Origin: Bacillales bacterium UBA5348
GTDB taxonomy: Bacteria > Bacillota_I > Bacilli_A > RF39 > UBA660
Assembly (NCBI GenBank): GCA_002411005.1
Contig: DHQC01000013.1
Coordinates: 68,586 to 132,585 of the forward strand
Direction of reading: 5' to 3'
DNA length: 64,000 nucleotides
This document shows positions 60,457 to 64,000 of this stretch, one piece after another (the stretch's first letter is position 1; each line of letters starts with the position of its first letter). A program made the position numbers and the translations under genes. The notes beneath the pieces are model-generated. The model ran no database searches. It was not told the origin of the DNA and saw only the letters and a program-made list of their open reading frames with translations.

Positions 60457-61035
60457 ATGGAAGCAGTATATAGAAACCCAAAAATATATTTTATAGCTGG
60501 TAAAGCTAAAAATGGGAAAACAACAGCAGGTTCAATAATAAAAGAAGAATATGAAAAAAGAGGCAAGAAAGTTGCCTCTACTCTTTATGCTAAATATCTG
60601 AAAGATTATGCTAAAACATTTTTCGGCTGGGATGGCTCTGAGAAAACAAAACCGCGTGAATTATTACAACAATTAGGGACGAACATCATTAGACAAAAAT
60701 TAAATATGGAATGTTTTTTTGTTGATCGCACAATTGAGGACATTAAAATATTATCATATTTCTTCGATGTGATAGTTGTTGATGATGTTCGTTTTGAAAT
60801 AGAGATTGAAAAGCCTAATACTGTTTTTGATAATCTTGTAACTATTAGAATAGAAAGACAAAATTTTGATAATCTTCTTACTGAGGAGCAGAAAAAACAT
60901 CCGACTGAAACAGCTTTAGATAATTATGATAAGTTTGATTATTATATTTATAATAATGGTTCAATCGATGATTTGAGAACTGAAATAATCTCAATTATTG
61001 AAAAGGAGGAATCAAAAGATGAAGAAAATGAGTAG
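60457..61035 (+). CDS. P-loop kinase, T4 gp1 dNMP-kinase-like family suspected
   Basis: Walker A IAGKAKNGKTT; RELLQQLGTNIIRQ and VVDDVRFEIE resemble T4 gp1 RRLMQALGTDLI / VPDTRQDHE; 3' end overlaps the alaS start. Confidence 0.4.
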   Translation: MEAVYRNPKIYFIAGKAKNGKTTAGSIIKEEYEKRGKKVASTLYAKYLKDYAKTFFGWDGSEKTKPRELLQQLGTNIIRQKLNMECFFVDRTIEDIKILSYFFDVIVVDDVRFEIEIEKPNTVFDNLVTIRIERQNFDNLLTEEQKKHPTETALDNYDKFDYYIYNNGSIDDLRTEIISIIEKEESKDEENE

Positions 61036-63709
61036 CACTGAAATAAGAAATATGTTTTTAAACTTTTTTGAAGAGAGGGGACATTTAATTGTTCCGAGCG
61101 CTTCTTTAATACCACTTAATGATCCTAGTTTATTATGGATAAATGCTGGTGTAACTCCACTTAAAAATTATTTTGATGGTAGTACTGTACCACAAAATAA
61201 GAGAATGGTAAGCTCTCAAAAATGCATTAGAACTAACGACATAGAGAATGTTGGGAAAACAGCAAGACATCATACATTTTTTGAAATGTTAGGTAATTTT
61301 TCAATAGGGGATTATTTTAAAGAAGAAGCTATTGCGTATTCTTTTGAACTTCTTACTAGTGAAAAATATTTTGGATTTGATAAAGAAAAACTTTATATGA
61401 CTATATATGCACAAGATGAGGATTCATATAATTTATGGATTAAAGAAGGTGTTGATCCAAGCCATATTATAAGATTAGAAAGTAATTTTTGGGAAATAGG
61501 GGAAGGACCTTCAGGCCCAGACAGTGAAATATTTTATGATCGTGGAGTAGAATTTGATCCTGAAAATAAAGGAATTGCTTTATTAGAAGAAGAAATAGAT
61601 AATGAACGTTATATTGAAATATGGAATAATGTATTTAGTATGTATAATGCTAAAGAAGGAGTCGAACGCCAAAATTATCAAGAATTACCTAGTAAAAATA
61701 TAGATACAGGTATGGGTTTGGAGAGAATGGCATCAATTATTCAAGGAACTAAGACTAACTTTGAAACTGATCTTTTTATGCCAATCATTGAAGAAACCGA
61801 AAAACTTTCTGGCAAAAAATATAACGATGAAATGGCTTTTAAAGTTATTGCTGATCATGTTAGGACGCTTACTTTTGCAATAAGTGATGGAGCAGCTTTC
61901 TCAAATGAAGGTTGTGGTTATGTTTTACGTAGACTATTGCGCAGGGCAGTTCGTTTTGGCAAAAAGCTTGAGATTGAGGGACCTTTTATGTATAAATTAG
62001 TCCCTACAGTTTTATCTATTATGGGAGATGCGTATCCTAATTTGATTGATAAAGAAGAATTAGTTTGTAATTTAATTATAAAAGAAGAGGAATTATTCCG
62101 CAAAACACTTGCTAGTGGTGAACAGAAACTAGAAGATTTAATTGAAAATGCCGATTCAAATGTTATAAGTGGGTTAGATGCCTTTAAACTTTATGATACA
62201 TATGGTTTCCCGTGCGAATTAACAATTGAATGTCTTGAGGAAAAAGGTTTTACAATAGATAAAGATGAATTTGATAGTTGTATGCTTAAACAAAAGGAAA
62301 TGGCACGAAATGCTAGAAGCAAAGAGGGTGGCATGAGTGATCAAAGTGAAGTCCTCTTAAATTTAAAAGATGAAAGTGCTTTTGATGGCTATAATGCTTT
62401 AGAGCTTGATGCGGAAGTTATTTGTTTAATAAAAGATAAAGAACTTGTTGATGAGTTTAATGGTGAGGGTTATATTGTTCTCAATAAAACCCCTTTCTAT
62501 GCTGAAATGGGTGGTCAAGTAGCAGATACAGGGATTATAAATGGTTCAAACTTTAAAGTTGATGTTACAAACGTCATTAGGGCTCCTCATAAACAACATT
62601 TGCATTTTGGGAATGTAGAAGGAACAGTTAGGGTTGGAGATAAAGTTACAGCTAAGGTAGATGAAGCAAAGAGGTGTGCTATTGCTAAGAATCATAGTGC
62701 TACCCATTTGCTACAAGAGGCTCTAAAAGAAGTCTTAAATGCGGATATCATGCAAGCTGGCTCAAAGGTTGATGAAAATAGCTTGCGTTTTGATTTTACT
62801 TATCAGGGTAAAATAACTGATCAAGAGATTATTTTAGCTGAGCAACTTGTTAATGAAAAAATAGCTACAAATGTAGATTCTGTTACTGAAACAATGTCTT
62901 TAGAAGAAGCTAAGAAAAAAGGTGCTGTAGCATTATTCGAAGAAAAATACGAAGATAATGTTAGAGTAGTTACTTTATATGATTCGATTGAATTATGTGG
63001 AGGTACCCATGTTAATAATATTGGAGACATTAAGAGGTTCGCTATTAAATCATTTGAATCTAAAGGTTCAAATGTTTATAGAATAGAAGCTACAACAAAT
63101 GCTAATATTGAAAGTGAATTATATAGTGTTATTAAGCCTTACAATGAAGAAATGTTGAAATTATTAACAAAAGCTAAAAGGATAATTAAAGAAGCTCAAG
63201 TTGAGGGCATTAAATTAGATTTTGATGTTCATATAGATAATAGTGTTCCTACATCATATGCAGCAATTTTATATAATCGTTTAGAGGTAAATAATGTTCG
63301 TGAAAAAGTAAAAGCCTTAGAAAAAGCTTATACTGTTGCTAAAGAACAAAAAACTTTAGAAGATCTAACATCTTTTGATGAGTATATATCTGAAGGAACT
63401 ATTGGTAAATATATAGTTGCTAAAACATCAAACTACGAAATTTCGTTTTTAAAACAATTAGTAGATAGATTGCTAGAAAAGATAGGAGTTGGTTTGGTCT
63501 TTATAGCTAATGTTACAGATGGTAATGTTAATTTTATAGCTAAAGCTCATAAGGATTTGGTTGATAAGGTTGATTGTGGAGCACTTATTAAAGAAGCTTC
63601 TACTAAATCGTCTGGTAATGGTGGTGGTTCTAAGTTATTTGGCCAAGGTGGCGGAACAGATATAAGTAATTTAGATGAAATTTTAGAAAATATAAAATAT
63701 AATTTATAA
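61019..63709 (+). CDS. alaS: alanine--tRNA ligase
   Basis: class II AlaS motifs, editing-domain HSATHLL, C-terminal DHHA1; ATG at 61019 after GGAGGA. Confidence 0.9.
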   Translation: MKKMSSTEIRNMFLNFFEERGHLIVPSASLIPLNDPSLLWINAGVTPLKNYFDGSTVPQNKRMVSSQKCIRTNDIENVGKTARHHTFFEMLGNFSIGDYFKEEAIAYSFELLTSEKYFGFDKEKLYMTIYAQDEDSYNLWIKEGVDPSHIIRLESNFWEIGEGPSGPDSEIFYDRGVEFDPENKGIALLEEEIDNERYIEIWNNVFSMYNAKEGVERQNYQELPSKNIDTGMGLERMASIIQGTKTNFETDLFMPIIEETEKLSGKKYNDEMAFKVIADHVRTLTFAISDGAAFSNEGCGYVLRRLLRRAVRFGKKLEIEGPFMYKLVPTVLSIMGDAYPNLIDKEELVCNLIIKEEELFRKTLASGEQKLEDLIENADSNVISGLDAFKLYDTYGFPCELTIECLEEKGFTIDKDEFDSCMLKQKEMARNARSKEGGMSDQSEVLLNLKDESAFDGYNALELDAEVICLIKDKELVDEFNGEGYIVLNKTPFYAEMGGQVADTGIINGSNFKVDVTNVIRAPHKQHLHFGNVEGTVRVGDKVTAKVDEAKRCAIAKNHSATHLLQEALKEVLNADIMQAGSKVDENSLRFDFTYQGKITDQEIILAEQLVNEKIATNVDSVTETMSLEEAKKKGAVALFEEKYEDNVRVVTLYDSIELCGGTHVNNIGDIKRFAIKSFESKGSNVYRIEATTNANIESELYSVIKPYNEEMLKLLTKAKRIIKEAQVEGIKLDFDVHIDNSVPTSYAAILYNRLEVNNVREKVKALEKAYTVAKEQKTLEDLTSFDEYISEGTIGKYIVAKTSNYEISFLKQLVDRLLEKIGVGLVFIANVTDGNVNFIAKAHKDLVDKVDCGALIKEASTKSSGNGGGSKLFGQGGGTDISNLDEILENIKYNL

Positions 63710-63874
63710 AATAAGACTTGTTAGTAATTTAATAATTACATAACAAGTTTTTTATGTTAAATCTTAAAGGAAATATTGTAACTATAGATTAGTTTTGGCA
63801 AAAAACTTTTACTTGCATTATATATTCAATAATGCTAAAATATAGTTGTAATCATTCTAAAGTGAGGTGGTTAA

Positions 63875-64000
63875 ATGCATTCTAATACAACTAGTTTATT
63901 TAGTGTTGAGGAGCTGGATGAAGCTTTGATTGCTAGAACTTTAAAAGAAGTTTATGAAGCGATTGAAGAAAGAGGCCATAACCCTGTCAATCAATTGGTT
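63875..64000 (+). CDS. IreB-family regulatory phosphoprotein (UPF0297/YrzL), 5' portion
   Basis: ...LKEVYEAIEERGHNPVNQLV matches the IreB family; follows alaS as yrzL does in Bacillus; truncated by the window end. Confidence 0.6.
   Translation, partial: MHSNTTSLFSVEELDEALIARTLKEVYEAIEERGHNPVNQLV

Overview
Low-GC (~30%) Firmicutes-type chromosomal segment, dominated by conserved housekeeping genes, most on the + strand. The organism looks like a spore former: cwlD sits directly after rplM-rpsI, and a cotJ operon is present. Recognisable blocks are rpoC(3' end)-secG-rnr-smpB-ssrA(tmRNA), then a T-box leader and argS, pepF, murD, eno, lgt, trxB, yvcK-whiA-parA-parB, ychF, uppP, pta, dusB, lysS, clpC-like, pyrG, cdaA-cdaR, rplM-rpsI-cwlD, tex, gltX-cysS and alaS. 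No rRNA or CRISPR array was seen. Accessory content is small. There is a lone minus-strand HerA-like (DUF87) ATPase between argS and pepF. An Abi_2 abortive-infection gene lies 3.7 kb upstream of the tRNA. The most notable feature is a ~2.6 kb integrase-less islet inserted at the 3' end of tRNA-Gly(GCC). It is flanked by a ~58-bp direct repeat (tRNA 3' end plus terminator), has paired 'taggtacta' repeats just inside each end, and carries two putative toxin-antitoxin-like modules. The first is a Panacea (DUF4065) protein with an overlapping unknown partner. The second is a small RHH-like ORF with a MazF/PemK-like protein. Coordinates for RNA genes and repeats were counted by hand and may be off by ±1-2 nt.
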